A stretch of 64,000 nucleotides of DNA from Callorhinchus milii (lineage: Eukaryota). A program made the position numbers and the translations under genes. Every line of letters starts with the position of its first letter. Positions within the stretch are counted from its first letter, which is position 1. The DNA is taken from the NCBI RefSeq assembly GCF_018977255.1, contig NW_024704742.1:99388001-99452000 (forward strand), in the 5' to 3' direction. Of the stretch, positions 11,754 to 25,754 are shown piece by piece. The notes under the pieces were generated by a model. The model worked only from the letters and a program-made list of their open reading frames with translations. It was not told the origin of the DNA and searched no databases.

Positions 11754-13664
11754 AGCATTTAAATGTCTTGTGCTTTTGCCATTCAATGGACATTAGTATA
11801 GAGGGACAAGCTAATGGCTTTGTTTGGCATATTAAACAGGTTAAACTGGTCAGCTCTAAACATTGGAGACTGTCAAAAAAACATTACGGACAGAGTTGAT
11901 TAATTAAGTCTTCTTATGTTTGTCTCCAAACAGGCCTATAAATATCCTTCTACCAAGAGGTCTTAATGTGGTGTAATAATTTAAATTTGTGCCATTATGG
12001 CACTGGACAGATAGGCCCCTGACAACTGGCACCTGCTAAACCCCGAAGTAATAACTGTTTTATGTTAAACAAAAGCAGCCAGTGGCATATGGCAATAGCA
12101 ATACAAATGTACACACTTTGGTTCCCATAGAAGGGGAAGAGAGATAAGTGGAGAGAAGTGAATGTTCCATATCTCAGCAATCAGAAAGAAGAGTCTTTGA
12201 TTAACAATGGCCAAAGGAATTACTCTCCACAATATTGGCCAGTTTGTACCTTTTTGGGTTTTCTTTTTATCCCTCCAGTGCTGAGATTTTCAATGCTACT
12301 TTTGCTATCCATGAAACAATATGACAATGACATTATCACATAGAAAAGGTTGCACAAGCTGTTGCTGTTAGTACGAGGACATCCAATCCTCTTGATTCTG
12401 TTTAAAGGATGATGTGGCTGGCCCTCAGTAAGGCCTTTCAAAGGTTCAATGTAATCACCGTGATATAAACATTAGTGCATATTGGTGCATGACCTACATG
12501 TATTTTGGGTATGTCTTGTTACTTATAGCTTGTTGTAATTGAGATACTGCTTTAGCTATTAATGTTGTTTCATCAGCTATCTGATCAGATATTTGATTTA
12601 ACAGCAGTAAATATATTTTAAAAAACAGTCACGGTGGAATGCTTAGCCTCTGATTAATCTCTTCCCTAGGCATAATCCTAAAATAAGTTTGGAATAAAAT
12701 TTGTCTTGACAGATATTAGGTGTCAGCTTGATTCAGTTGGTAGCAATCTAAGCAAACAAGGACACATTCTAACAGGGCCGCTCAGTATAATTCATCCATT
12801 GCGTTTGCCGTAGTTCAACCAATATGATGTTTTACAGTGTCTCCCAAACATTTCTCTTTCAGGGTTATTCCGCGCAGGCAGAATGTCTTGTGCTTTCTTG
12901 CTGATGTGCTCAGATCAATAGTTGCCTTATTTTTTTCTTGCGAGAAAAAGAAGCATTTGCAGTTATCTGGCAATTGAATAGGAATAACTACCAGCAAAGG
13001 TGCCTTTGTGCTTGAAGAATGATCTAATGTTGCAAACGTTATTGCGGTTACCTTTATAAATTCTGCTGTAAAAAGTCCACTGGTATGCTATGCTTGGTCC
13101 TCTAGTGGTTAATGCATGCCTTTATCACAATACTGAATGATATGTTTTGCGAAATTGCTTTCAAAGTCAAGCAGCAGAGCTCATTCAGTGCCTCATTCCT
13201 GTTTGTGATTAGCACTCTGATATTATGCTATGGTTGCATTTTCTAAACAGCTGCAAAGGACACTATGCAGCATTTATACAGATCATCATTAAATCGGGCA
13301 GAGCAGGAGAAAATAGTTACAATGATGTTTTATTTACAATGTGAAGTTAATCTATAGAGATGTGTTTTTTCCTCTCTCTTTATTGCTGACAAAATCTATT
13401 TTTCACCATATGTATGCACAGTTGGGTTTTGTTTCTGCTCCCCGTTCTGGGAAGATTATATCAAGGTCAGAAAATTTGCTGACAGATTGTATGCATTGAA
13501 ATAATATTGGCTTTGTGTGGATGTTTATTTTATGTCTTGTGGAGTAATTCTCTTTCATACTATAAATATTTTAAATCTTCAAAATTACAAACCTTTACTG
13601 ATCTGGAATGCTGCAGTCACTAAACCTGGCCAGGCATCAAAGGGTTTATAGAAAATACTATTTG

Positions 13665-14045
13665 ATATACTGCATTTGATATAACATCTTTTGCGTTGGG
13701 AGAATGTATTAAAGTGTTTCACAGGATTCATTGAAAAGCATAGTGACTGTGTATTTTGTAGGTGGACATGGCAACCAATTCACACACAGGAATGTGCCAC
13801 AATCAGTGATGAAGTGAATGAACCATTTTTTTAATCTGGGGGTTGTTGGCCAGGACAACAGAAGAACCTCCCTTTTCTTTTTCGAATAGTGTCATGGGAT
13901 CAACCTGAACCAGAAAACTAGGCCTCAGTTTAACATCTCATCCAAACAACAGCAACCCTAAAAATGCAGCGCTCCCCTAACAATATATTGGAGTGTTAGC
14001 CTAGTCTGTGAGCTCAAATTCTGGATATGGGTCTTGGACTCACTG
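13665..14045 (-). mobile_element. Deu-domain-like SINE
   Basis: ggatgagatgttaaactgaggcc...atcccatgacactattcgaa...gtcctggcca on the minus strand, plus tail. Confidence 0.8.
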
Positions 14046-14369
14046 TGCCAATATGTGTCAATCGAAAGTTAATCACACCTGATTGTGAAAAGCAATACTC
14101 TTTCTTCTAGATTTGGTGCCTCTTGTTCTTGTAGCCTGCGTATGTTTTTTTTTATGCTTAGTGGCTTGACCGTGTTTCAATTTTAAAATATTGTCATACC
14201 TACAACCTTTTGACTCAGAGGCTAGCATGTCACCAACTGAGCCAGGCTAAAACCGGGGTTTAGGGATCCCATTAAATGGAGTAGAGAAAGTGAACCCAAC
14301 ACAATACTTTAGGGTACACTGAGGCAGCAGAACACAAGGACACACAGGTTCAAAGTTGGATTTTCTTCA

Positions 14370-14782
14370 TCATAATAATAATTCTTTCATATTATGCCGT
14401 TAAGACATCTCAAAGTGCTTCACAGGGTACACCGTAAAGTGGAGTGTCTGTGTATTTTGTGAGCAAAACTCGACAACAAGTTTGCACACAATTATGTCTC
14501 ATAAACAGCCTGGAGTGAGTGACCAATTTTATTTTAGGGGAACGGCTGGCTAACCAAGAGAAACTCCCTTCTCTTTTCGAATCTTTTTGAATTGTGCCAT
14601 GGGATCTTTACTATCCACCTGAACAGGCAGATGGGACCATGTTTTGATGCTCACCCAAAGGACAGAACCTCTGACAATGCAAAACACCCCAGCATTGCAT
14701 TGGAGTGTCTCCCTCGACTATGTCATTTGAACCCACAATCTTCTGACTCAGAGGCGAGAGTGCTACCACTGCATAGGCTGAC
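14370..14782 (-). mobile_element. Deu-domain-like SINE
   Basis: Minus strand: gtcagcc..ggtagcactctcgcctctgagtcagaagattgtgggttcaa head, ctgcctgttcaggtggatagtaaagatcccatggcac domain, then tail. Confidence 0.82.
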
Positions 14783-14929
14783 AATTCAAGGAGAATGAAC
14801 AATATTTTCACAATCCAGCGGGATGATTCTCCACATGAATAATAATTAACAATCACAATGATCACCTAACATTTGGCAGCCATGCATGGAATTAATCTAA
14901 GACCGGTGTTTCCAGAGAGTATTCACTAC

Positions 14930-15235
14930 TGTAGAATGAATAAGAATATCCGTTCAGTAAAGCTATGATGAAGAGGCTGGATAGAACAGAGAAGTTAAGG
15001 GGTGATTTGATTAAGGGATTTAAAATAATGAAATGAATTGACAGGTTAGATAGTGGATGACTCTTCCCTTTGGTAGAGGGATCCATTACAAGAAAGTATA
15101 GCCTTAAAAACAGAACCAAGACAGTTTGAACTGAGGTCAGGAAACATCTTCACGGAGAGGGTTGTGAAAGTATGGAATGCCTTGCCCCAGAAAGCTGTAC
15201 AGGTGAAATCAATGGTGATGTTTAAAAAAAAGAAA
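14930..15235 (+). mobile_element. CR1 LINE fragment
   Basis: agaagttaaggggtgatttgatt...gagggttgtgaaagtatggaatgccttgcc (RLRGDLI, RVV..WN.LP motifs). Confidence 0.8.
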
Positions 15236-15248
15236 GATACTTGAGATG

Positions 15249-15585
15249 TGGTAGCTTAGTGGTTAGAGCACTTGCCTTACAAGATAGAGACCTGGGTTCG
15301 ATTCCCAGCAGGGCGAAATGTTGGGCAGGTTTCCTTGCTCCACACGCCTCTGTTTACCTATCAGTAAGTAGGAACCTGGTTGTTAGTCGATTGGAGGATC
15401 GCTTTTCCGGGAATAATAATTCCTTCAAAAAAAAATTATAAATTGGTCACTTCAATCCACGACTGTTTGTGGGACACTGCTGTGCGCAATTGGCTGTGGC
15501 GTTTCGCCCACAAATGTGAAGCGCTTTGAGATGTCTCGAAGACATGATAAGGTACTATATCAAATGTAAGAATTATTATTATTAT
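15249..15585 (+). mobile_element. tRNA-derived SINE, long variant
   Basis: gtagcttagtggttagagc...gggttcgattcccagcagggcg head, central segment, tail with (TTA)n. Confidence 0.92.
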
Positions 15586-15589
15586 ATAA

Positions 15590-15937
15590 GAGGTATCTCA
15601 GAGGAGACCTTATGGAGGTTTATAAGATTTTACATGGATTAGAAAAAGTAAACCCATAAAAACACTTTCAGATATACCAAGGCAGCAGAGCAAGAGGACA
15701 CGGGTTATACAAAGAGCAACTTCAGGATACATATCAGGAAGCATTTTTTTTTACCTAGAGGATAATTAATGAGTGGAACAGGCTACAAGGAAGGATGCTT
15801 GAAACCAGGTTACTTGACTCATTTAAGAAAGTGTTTAATGTGGAAGGAACGATGGTAAGGTGGGTATTCTGGAAGGATGAGATCAGATAGGATGAAGAGC
15901 CTTCTTTATCTGAACCTCTCTTGTGATCTTGTGATCA
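15590..15937 (+). mobile_element. CR1 LINE 3' end
   Basis: agaggagaccttatggagg...gaggacac...tggaacagg, ending tcttgtgatcttgtgatc (repeated CR1 3' terminal unit). Confidence 0.82.
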
Positions 15938-16539
15938 CATTTTTGCCTTTTTTGTTAATGAACTTATATTCACCTACAACTTCAGTCACCACTTTACAGT
16001 AAACATCTTGTGAAGCACTTTGAAACATTTCAATGATGTGAAGTGATGTATCAAATGCAAGCCTTTTTATTATTAAAAATAAAGTACTAGGAGAATAGTT
16101 GACAGTGGATGAAATGGAATGACTATGGAGACTCTATGTAAGAAAGCGATATGACAAATGAAATAGATTTACTGCTGCCCTCATTGTCAGGCTACTCTGT
16201 CCTTTGTCCAAACTGTTGTGGAACCAACTGAAGCAGGAAAGGTTTACACTGGAACCAGTTCAACAGGTGGATTTCAGATGGAGAATATTGTGTGTTGAGG
16301 ATCAGGTTAAAACTAATTTGGAAAGCAACCTATCCACTGTCCAGTTCTATGATGCCTGCAAACAACACATGTTTCATAACAGATTCTATGCCAATCGCCC
16401 GCCTTTGTGATCGAGGAGATTGTGGTTTCATTGCTGCTTCACATTATATCAGCCTAAAGTATCAGAATTAAGTCATTGAAAAGCAATCTGAATTCTCACC
16501 TAACATTTGGCAGCCATCCACCAACTGGGACTGTTCACT

Positions 16540-16830
16540 GCTATAGAATGAAGGAATATCCCTTCAGGGTAGATACAATGAGAGGCAGACTGGAGTTGTA
16601 TTCTTGGAGCAGAGCAGATTAAAAGGGTGATTTGATTGAGGTATTTAAAACAATGAAAGAGAATTAGTGGGTTATTTAGAGAACGGCTCTTTCCTCTGGT
16701 ACAAAGATCCATTACAAGGGGCACAGACTTCAAATTTGAACGAAGATAGCTGGAACTGAGGTCAGAAGTATTTCTTCACATAGAAGGTTGTGAAGGTGCC
16801 CCAGAAAGCTGCAGAGATAGAACCAACAAT
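16540..16830 (+). mobile_element. CR1 LINE fragment
   Basis: gggtgatttgattgaggtatttaaa...ttcttcacatagaaggttgtg; closely parallels 14930-15235. Confidence 0.78.
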
Positions 16831-17237
16831 GGGGGCCAATGTAGCAACAAATATAACAGTCGCCATTAGCTTTGAAACAACTATTGTGCTCAAATCAAGG
16901 CAAGGGAGTATTCACACTAAATAATTATAGACTAAGATTCGGATTTAACAGAAGCTAAGTGATAATTATCTGCTATAAAACATGGCATTTATACCTCACA
17001 CTTTTTTTACAAATATAATAGTCAATAATGTACATGTATTTGAAACTGTACCAGTGGTTCGTCGGCTAGTTTCTATTCAGTGGTCTTGCTTTATTTTACT
17101 TAAATTAAGATTTTAATTTGTCTTTTGATCTCATTTGAACATTTTTCTTTTCATTAACATAAATGCAGCTGAAAAAATTAACAAACCTCATACATCAGCA
17201 ACGTGGGATCCTCTTGAAACCCATTGCTGACTTACAT

Positions 17238-17286
17238 TCTCTCTCTGGCTCTCTCACGCTTTCTCTCTCTTTCTCTCTCTCTCTCA
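17238..17286. repeat. Imperfect (TC)n microsatellite
   Basis: tctctctctggctctctcacgctttctctctctttctctctctctctc. Confidence 0.85.
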
Positions 17287-18384
17287 GACTTTGTTCTTTA
17301 GGCTTTATTCATCTGAGGCACCCTGTCTCACTTTGAATTGAGAAAAATCCATTGAAGCCACAGATGTTAGAGCTGCCTGGGGCGGTAAAGCAAACAGTAA
17401 CGTTCCCTGGCTCAGATGTCTTTACACCTGAATTGTATCTACACTTTTTGGAATAATTATAACCACTTCCTCAGATGTTTGCCTTTTTACTCATTTTAAA
17501 GATCCTTTCGAGATTCCTATAACATGTATCAATTTTCTCCCTCTGGGGATCTCATTTTCGATACATGTTCAGATTAGATGGAAAGTGGTGCAGTGGTATT
17601 AAATGTTATCTATCAAGTTAAAATGCAATTTTAATTAAAAATAATGTTGCTCAATAGTGTCGACGGGTGATACTGTGCTTTTATTATTTAGTGCAGAGAA
17701 AGAAAGCTATATACACTACAGCTGGAGAATAATGATTTAAATCTAATTAATTTTGTTTAACACCACAGGGCACTGTCGACGTTCTTGAATTTCTGCTTTG
17801 TGTTAAGAAATTTTGCATGATGGTAATGATAAGAAATGAAACCTTTTGTAGTCTGCACTCAGTGACAGTAGGTAGTTCTAGTTCTCCTTGATCAGACATG
17901 GGATTGCTCAGGTACAATCTAACATGTCTCTATATGACTTTAAAATACACCTCCAGCCTAACCTTGCTGCACCAGTGATATAACATTTATTTATCGGTAC
18001 CAGGAACAATGTTCAAATATTGCTTCTAACTTGCTGAGCAGGACATTTTTAACAGAACTAAATTAACTTTTTGCTCACCCAAAACTGCTAACTGAACTTT
18101 AATCACAAGAAATTAACCTTGAAAGTTTATCTTTTGTGTAGATATATCTTTTGTGTGGGTTGGTGCAGAGGAGAAAAGCAGCAACAGACCATAAAATCTT
18201 CTAATCGCTAGAGAAAGCGGGGTAATAACTAGTAAGAGAGTGGAGATGGAAAAATTCACACAGATGCTGCTTACTCGTTGCTTTGCTTTTCATCTCAACA
18301 AAGCTAGGGATAACCTGCCCCTGGTGTGTTAGTGAGAGAAATTTTCCAAGACTTTTTTCTTGCCCTCCAGAATAATTGGACAAT

Positions 18385-18852
18385 CAATAACAACAACAAC
18401 AAAATTGCATTTATAGAGTGCCTTTCATGTCGGGAGGACGTCCCAAAGCACTGAAATCACTTCAAGGTTGGAACAAATGGCTGCCATAGTTGCCTGCAAA
18501 ACCTGTCACTTCACTTATTTGCACAGTACTTTATTTGTGTATGGCAGCACCCTACCTTTCTCACTTGCTTCCTTCCCACTCCACTACCTATTGCCTCTGC
18601 TCGGCCTCCCGCTCACCTCTCCCCTCCACCATCGTCGGCCATGCTTTCAGCCAATACACCCCAAATCTATGCAAATTTCTTCCTTAACCCCTCTCCCTTG
18701 ACCCCTCCTTCCCTGTTTTTAGATCACGACCGAAGAACCTTCTTCTTCAACCGTGCTTATGGTCATCTCCTCCCTCCCTGGCTCGGTGTCAGGCTCTGTT
18801 AAGCACTCTAAAACCGCATTTGAAGGCCCTACATAAATGCAAGTTGTTGTTT
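18385..18852. mobile_element. L2 tail (-, 18385-18452) and old L2 3' fragment (+, about 18565-18852)
   Basis: (caa)n-attgcatttatagagtgcctttcatgtcgggaggacgtccc; then caccatcgtcggccatgctttcagc...aaatgcaagttgttgtt. Confidence 0.75.
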
Positions 18853-20158
18853 ATCTACCTGCAAAGGGCTTTGAGATATTTCAACACAATAAAGTGCTTT
18901 CAAGATACACGTTCTTTCCTTGTTCTTCTATTTTTCTTTAAAATGGAGCACTAGGAATAAGACTGTGAATTCATTCTGTCATGGAATCATGTCTATTTAA
19001 ACATTGGTTGCAATCTCAATGACTTGTTTCACCGGTAAAAGTCATTGCAACAAATCCCTGCAAAGAGCTTTGAGTTGTTTCAACATGATAAGGCACTATG
19101 TCAAATGCAAAGAATATTATTAGGAAGAAAGCTTTGTGATTTCTTTGTGCTCAGACATATAGCTGAGAGTTCCTAATCATTAGCTAATTACATGCTATTT
19201 CACCACAGTGACTGATGGGTCATTTAATGGTTAAATGACTGAGGCTACATTTGCAGGTAATGGTAACAGTCAGAACTGCTCCAGTGCTGTGCTTTGTTTC
19301 ATTTGTGGGGATCAATACAATTAATATTTACATCTGTTCGTCTCAGATGTTTGTTTCCTAGTTTAAGTTTGAAACCTTTCCCAAATTAATATGCATTAGA
19401 TGCAAAAAAAGTAAATAAAATGTTTTTTATGTTGTTTTGTGAAGTTATTTGCCCATTTTATCAAATCTGTGATAAAAACATTACATTTTTCCATCTCTTC
19501 TTAAAGACTGACCAATAATGTGAATTCCCACGCCCCACCTTCAACTTTGGTGTAATGGTTGAGCTCAAAGATTTCAGCACTGCCCTTATTGTTAACTTTA
19601 ATGTTGTTTGAGTACTGCTTCACAGGATATAACTCTCATTAAGACACACTGGTATCCTGGGAAACGCACTTGGATGGGGTCTAAACACTCTGGAATTGGA
19701 ACTAAAAACAGGACCACTAGTGGGAATCCAAGACAGCAGCATGGAAATCTTAGTATTGTGTCCAATGGTTGTGCCAAAATTGGGTGGGAGGGGGAAGAAG
19801 GAATTTACACAGCAGCTGTCTTTAGGAATAGAGGGAAACATCCGATGTTTCTTAATAGATTTGTTAATGCATTCGATGATATTCATTCTTTTATGAAACA
19901 GCATTTTCACCTCCCATATGTTATAACTAAACATCAGATGCCTAGTTATAAATTCAGGTATGTGAATTCAAGTATGTGACCCCCAGTTGCTCTATATAGT
20001 TCTCCCTGGCTCATTTTCATTTTGAAATATGATTCTAGAGCATTGGCAATGTTACAGCCGAGCTCCCACATACTCCAGCCCCTTCCTAAGTGAATAAATG
20101 GAATTTGTGTGGAAATAGACCAAGCTGATATTATAGTAACTAAATATCATTCATCACA

Positions 20159-20366
20159 GGAGTCCTGTAGCTCAGTGGTTAGAGCGCTCACCTCTCAAGC
20201 AAGAGACCTGGGTTTGATTCCCAGCAGGTCAAAACCTTGGGCAAGTTTCCTTACTCCATATGCCTGATAATAATTCCTCAAGAAAAAAAACAATAATAAA
20301 TTGGTCACTTCAATCCACAACTATATATGGGACACTGCTGTGTGCAATTATCACTATTATTATTAT
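20159..20366 (+). mobile_element. tRNA-derived SINE, short variant, with internal 3' deletion
   Basis: Full head GGAGTCCTGTAGCTCAGTGGTTAGAGC; the body jumps from tgtgcaatt directly to a (TTA)-like tail. Confidence 0.88.
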
Positions 20367-21014
20367 CACTGTTCCTCTCCTGACACATGAAGCCTTGCGT
20401 TCTCTCCAGTATTCTGAGAAAATATTCAATCAAGTGGTGATGTGGTTCATGAATGGAATGAGTGCTTTGGAGATCAGGATTGGGCACTGTCCTCGTGGAG
20501 TGATACAAATCTGACTGCTCGAAACTGACGTGCATTCCTGGTGAAAGACCCTCTTAAATATTATCAACTCTTTAAGTGGTCGATTGTGACATTTATGTTC
20601 TTCAGTATTTGTAACATTCCATCATTGAAATTTGTGTATGGACAGCTACTCAAGCCTCTTGAAGAATCTCTGCCTGACATTAATAAGAAATGGGCTAATC
20701 TCCTGATCTTCCTTTTAGGGTGAGTTACCATTGTCAAACTGATTACATTCCCATACTATTATATCTGTCTCAGATGCTGCTGGTAAGATTGCAGTCACTC
20801 AGATTCAGAGGGCAAGAAAGTCATAATATTCCATTGAAGTTACAGGACTCAATCAGGCTCAGCCAATTTAACCATGAGTATTACTGGATGTCTACTAAGG
20901 ATTTGATGAAATTGATATCGCTCTGATATTTTTGGCTATTGCAAGCTTTTTTGCTCCCAGTAATAATAATAATGATAATAATAAGGACGTTTCAAAGCAC
21001 TTCACATCATTTGT

Positions 21015-21338
21015 GGAGCCCTGTAGCACAGTGGTTAGAGCACTTGCCTTGCAAGTGAGAGACCTGGGTGCGATTCCAGGCAGGGCCTCTGTTTACCCAG
21101 CAGTAAGTAGAAACCCAGTCGTTAGTTGATTAGTGGATCACTTTTTCAGGGGGTAATAATTCCTTCAAAAAAATACTAAATTGGTCACTCAATCCATGAC
21201 TGTTTGTGGGACACTGCTGTGCGCAATTGGCTGTGCATTTTGTCTACAAAATATACAGTCAATTCACTTTACAGTATATTCTGTGAAGCACTTTGAGACG
21301 TCTCAACAATGTGATAAATGCAACAATTATTATTATTA
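21015..21338 (+). mobile_element. tRNA-derived SINE (long variant) nested in an older minus-strand SINE (20960-21480)
   Basis: Head ggagccctgtagcacagtggttagagc. Left flank aagcacttcaca and right flank tactgtaaattgtagagactg are consecutive parts of an inverted SINE tail. Confidence 0.85.
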
Positions 21339-21884
21339 CTGTAAATTGTAGAGACTGCATTTTGTAGGCAAATACAGCAGCCAATTTGCTGACTGTGAAT
21401 TCGAAGTTCTGACGTGGGGTTTGAACTTACAACCTCCTGACACAAAGATGAGATTGCTTCCAAGTAAGCCTGGCTGGCACCTAGACATCACTGAAAGCTG
21501 TTTAAAAGTTTCCTCCTAGTATTTTACTCACTGGCTTTTCTTCAGACTTTGTTGGCTTGGAATTTGCAACGTGTTGATTCCCAAATCCCACTTTGAATCT
21601 TAATGTAATAATGTGATACCGTATTTGCGAAGAGTAGGTTGCAATTAAGTTGACTCGATCTGGTTTGTGCGTAACACATTTTAAATCCCTTATTTCATAC
21701 AAAACTAGTAGTGTTAATATGGCTGCCTCCTCTTCCTCCACAGTGTCTCCTTGCCACCCCCTCCTCCCATACCCCCAGCCTTCCACATCACCCACTCCTT
21801 CCACCCCATTTCTCCTTCCTCCCTTTCAGCACTTCACCAGCATAGTTGTAACTGGAGAGGGTGAATGAATCATTATTTCAGGAG

Positions 21885-22272
21885 AACATCTCAGAGTGCT
21901 TCAAGGATTTATTGTGAAGTGCAGTGATTGTACATTTTTGAAAGCGAATGCAACAGACAATTTGCACACAGTAATGTCCCACAAACAGACATGAAGTTAA
22001 TATCAATTTTATCAGGGGGATTGTAGGCTAGAACATCAGGAACTCCCAGAGAAAGTCCCTTCTCTTTTTCAACTAGTGCCATGGGATATTTAATGGCTGC
22101 CTGAATAGGCAGTTGGGACCTTGATTAAATGTTTCATTTGAAGGACAGGATCTCCAACAATGCAGCTCCCCCCAGCAGTGTATTGTAGTGTCAGCCTAGA
22201 CTATGAGTTCAAAATGTTGAACAACCTGCTGACTAAGAGACGAGAGTGCTACTAACTGAACCAGACTGACAT
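21885..22272 (-). mobile_element. Deu-domain-like SINE, near full length
   Basis: Minus strand: tgtcagtctggttcagttagtagcactctcg head, ctgcctattcagg...atcccatggcactagttgaa domain, then tail. Confidence 0.82.
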
Positions 22273-23646
22273 TTGACTGTGGTGATCCCACAAGTCAGCT
22301 GTGTGCAGGTAGGATTCCCTGTGAGTAATTCAGAGTCAATCTTTGCGAATCCCCTTTTTTACTAAATAGAACAGGGACACAATAATCAGCCAGCATTGTT
22401 TGTGCTCTGTTACACTAATTGTCCTCACCCGATGAACAATAGTTTTGATTCAAAAGTACATAGAGATTGGCTTGGGATTCTTTTACTATTCACCATTCCT
22501 AGGCCACTTTGATTCTGATGACAACATAGATAAACCAGATCAATCACAGAATTATTCTATTTCTATTTATAATGCCTTGTAAAGGTGACAGATAACCATC
22601 TTACTAAACAATGTTTTATTCAGCTGTTGCATGCTTTAGCCTTCTAGTCAGTTGGTAGCTTGATTTACAATGGTGTAGATGTGATTTATTCACAAATTAA
22701 TTTAGGAAGAAACTAGGTCTGTTAAGTCACTGCAAAACGCTCCATGAATGATTAATAAACATGGGCTGGAACAGAAAGATTAATGCTAACGACTGAGGAC
22801 AGATGCTGAAATAGACGGGCTTTCTTGTTCTCAAACTGAAGCATTTGTTCATTCAAGTAGCCGTTTTGATTTAACTATAATTTATTTACCACACAGTATT
22901 AACATTTTGACGAAATGCATTTAACCTGGTTAATCTTTCAAATGTTCAGGATACAGGTTACTGAACTTCTGGTTGAGGTGTGCAAACTGAAAATAGCTGG
23001 GGTTATTTTATGTTCAGCACTGCAATTGCAAAGGATTTGAACCATCCCAACATCAGGAAATGTGATCATTTAGTTGGGCAGAAGCCACCTCTCCAGTTAC
23101 AAGTATACTGGTGAAGGGCTATTCATAATGAGTCTGGAATGGAGCACTATCCTGTCCACCTTGTTCAGTGTATTTGAGACTGTTATTGGGTTAAATGTCA
23201 ACTACTAACATCTGATCCTCATTAATGCAACTCAATAAAATGGCACACTAATGGAACTGAAATTCAGTCTGGGCCTCGGTCAGTTAAAAGGATGTTTGCT
23301 GCACGCTGATGTTTGTTTATGCTCTTGTTTGATCTAATTCATTCAACAATGAAAGCATACTTAAAGATGTGCTGAATTGCCACCATTTGTTTTGCAATAC
23401 ATAGAGAGAGATACAACATGGAAATAGATCATTTGGCCCAACTAGTCTGCCTTGGTGTTTATATTCCACACAAACTTCTACTTCTATTCCCCTATCCTAT
23501 ACCCCTCTATTCCCTTCTCCCTTGACTATGCATCAATTTTCCTCTTAAATGGGTTGATGTGTTTTGCTTTTGGCATTGAGTTCTACAAACCATAACAGCC
23601 CAAACTATGGGTTTATAAGGGCATAAGCACTCCATGAATGGAATTA

Positions 23647-23838
23647 AACAACAACAACAAGATTCCATTTATAGAGCGCCTTTCACGTCGGGAGGACCAG
23701 TTGGGTCAGGACCCGAGCAGGGGGGAAATGGTCAGGGTGAAGGGAGGGAGCGAGGAGGGGGTAGAGAGTCAAGAGGGGAGCTGAAGACACGGTCAAAGAG
23801 AAAGGTCTTGAGACCGGCCTTGAAGGAGGAAAGGGGGA
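23647..23838 (-). mobile_element. L2 3' fragment (second subfamily, same as 40611-41098)
   Basis: (caa)n-gattccatttatagagcgcctttcacgtcgggagga...gagaccggccttgaaggaggaaaggg is nearly identical to 40611-40825. Confidence 0.9.
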
Positions 23839-23844
23839 AGTTGA

Positions 23845-24488
23845 ATGAGATCTAGGGGTGTTAAATGACTCATTGCTGACTATGTCAAAAATGTGAGGCA
23901 GCAATAAATATAGCCCAGGATGTTGGGCTACATTGCTAAATCAGTTGAGTTTAGATCCCCAGATTTTATTCTCAGGTTGTACAGTGCTAAGGTCAGACCA
24001 CACCTTGAATATTGCATAGACTGGTCACTGCAACATAAGGGGGCTGCCCAGGCTCTAGAGGTAGTGCAGAGGATGATCCCCAGTGTAAGAGGAATGAACC
24101 ACAAGCAACAACTAGACAAGTTAGGGCTCTTCAGTCTTGAGAGAAGACTAGTCAGAGGGGACCTCATATAGATGTACACATTTTTAAATGGGATTAAAAA
24201 AGTAGATGGGATTGAAAAACTCAGATCAATATTATAGGATATATCATGACAAGATGACATAGGTTTGGGTTGTGAATGGTAATTTCAGGATAGATACCAG
24301 GAATATATGTTTTGCACAAGGGATAATCAACAACTGGAACAGGGTTCCAGTAAAGGCAATAGAAGCCAGGACTCTGGACTCATTTAAAAAGCAACTTGAT
24401 GCAGTGATGGGGGGTGTTCTGGAGGGATGAGATCAGATGGACTAAAGGGCTTTCTTCATCCAGTCTAATCTTGTGATCTTGCGATCAT
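23845..24488 (+). mobile_element. CR1 LINE RT C-terminus to 3' end
   Basis: ORF MLGYIAKSVEFRS..LRLYSAKVRPHLEYC..LGLFSLERRLVRGDLI; ends tcttgtgatcttgcgatc. Confidence 0.92.
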
Positions 24489-25536
24489 CTAGGAGCAAGA
24501 ATAAATTGCGTTAGTGCCTACTGATTCTTCAAATGGCTTACATGATCCAACAGTGAAGGGCACATCAAGAAGTAGAGTGCACAGGAAAATGATTTGGGTT
24601 AAGTTTTGTAAATTAACAATTTAAAGAATTTTAAAAAATAGAGAGGAAGCATTACTTTTGGGATGTATTTTAGCAAACGTGCTAATATGATTATAAATGT
24701 GACTGTGGAAGGAAAAGGTTGTTTACTGACACTACAAAGGCTTAGGATACAGGGATATAGAACATTACATACCTGGCAATGACTAGCAAAGGCAATGTAG
24801 TAAAACCAATTCAATCTCTCTTTTGGCAGCCAATTGCTGGGAAAGACACCATACACTAATTTCATGATTCCAGTTGTTAACAACGATCATATGTCCTGTG
24901 ATCATATTCTGAAAAACCATTTGGGTCTTAATGCAACAATTTCCTGTTGCAGTTAGATGGTTTGATCACTGGTAATGAATAACAATGAGGTTCTCAGAAA
25001 TCTGCTTAAATGATTATGGCACACATGTTTCTAATCTTCAGAGTTAAAAAAAACACTGTGGGAAGCAAACACAGAACAACAAAACATGCTCATAGCTAAT
25101 TCACAATTCTCTGCCCTCATTCATTTATATCTCTGGTTTAATTCTTAAGATGCTTTAATGCATAAGATGTTCTTCCTCTATCAGACTTGCATAGCGTAAC
25201 CAGTAATTATAAAATTGCAACATTTATATGGCGTCTCAGGTAAATTGAGTTGTTCACTTCAGCTCAAAGCTCATGTGACCCATCTGGACCATGTTTAGAA
25301 ATATTCATTCCTTTTAGCTTTGTTTCTGCGCCAATGCACATGCATTACGAGTAATGTCAGCGCATTATTCTGATTAGCTGGGATCTGGCTTGAAAAAAGA
25401 ACACTGAACGAGCAGTTTCTCCTACTCAATGAAAATGCACAGCCAATTTAATGAAAATAATGTACTCCAAATTGATCATTTGTCTTACAACCCTAGCCCC
25501 TCACTGATGTTTGTGATTAGTTTATTTAAATATATT

Positions 25537-25754
25537 GGGTAGAAATGTTACCTGGGTTTAGATTTACTCTATTTTCTTTGTATTTTAGAGCATCCAGAAT
25601 TTATGCAAATTCTTCAAATATAGTCTAAATTTTGAAGCTGGGTTTCTGCAAATTTTTTGAGAGCTACAGAAAATCGGATTTGAACCTAACAATTTGCCAA
25701 ATTCTGCACGTTCTGTAATGTAAAATAAATCTGGACCCAGGTGGAATTTTCCCC
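25537..25754. mobile_element. MITE-like element with imperfect ~30-bp terminal inverted repeats
   Basis: Left gggtagaaatgttacctgggtttagattta versus reverse complement of right end ggggaaaattccacctgggtccagattta; TA-rich flanks on both sides. Confidence 0.55.

Noticed and set aside
13095..13112. CTCF-like site (ccactagagg on the minus strand)
   Set aside because: Only part of the motif matches.
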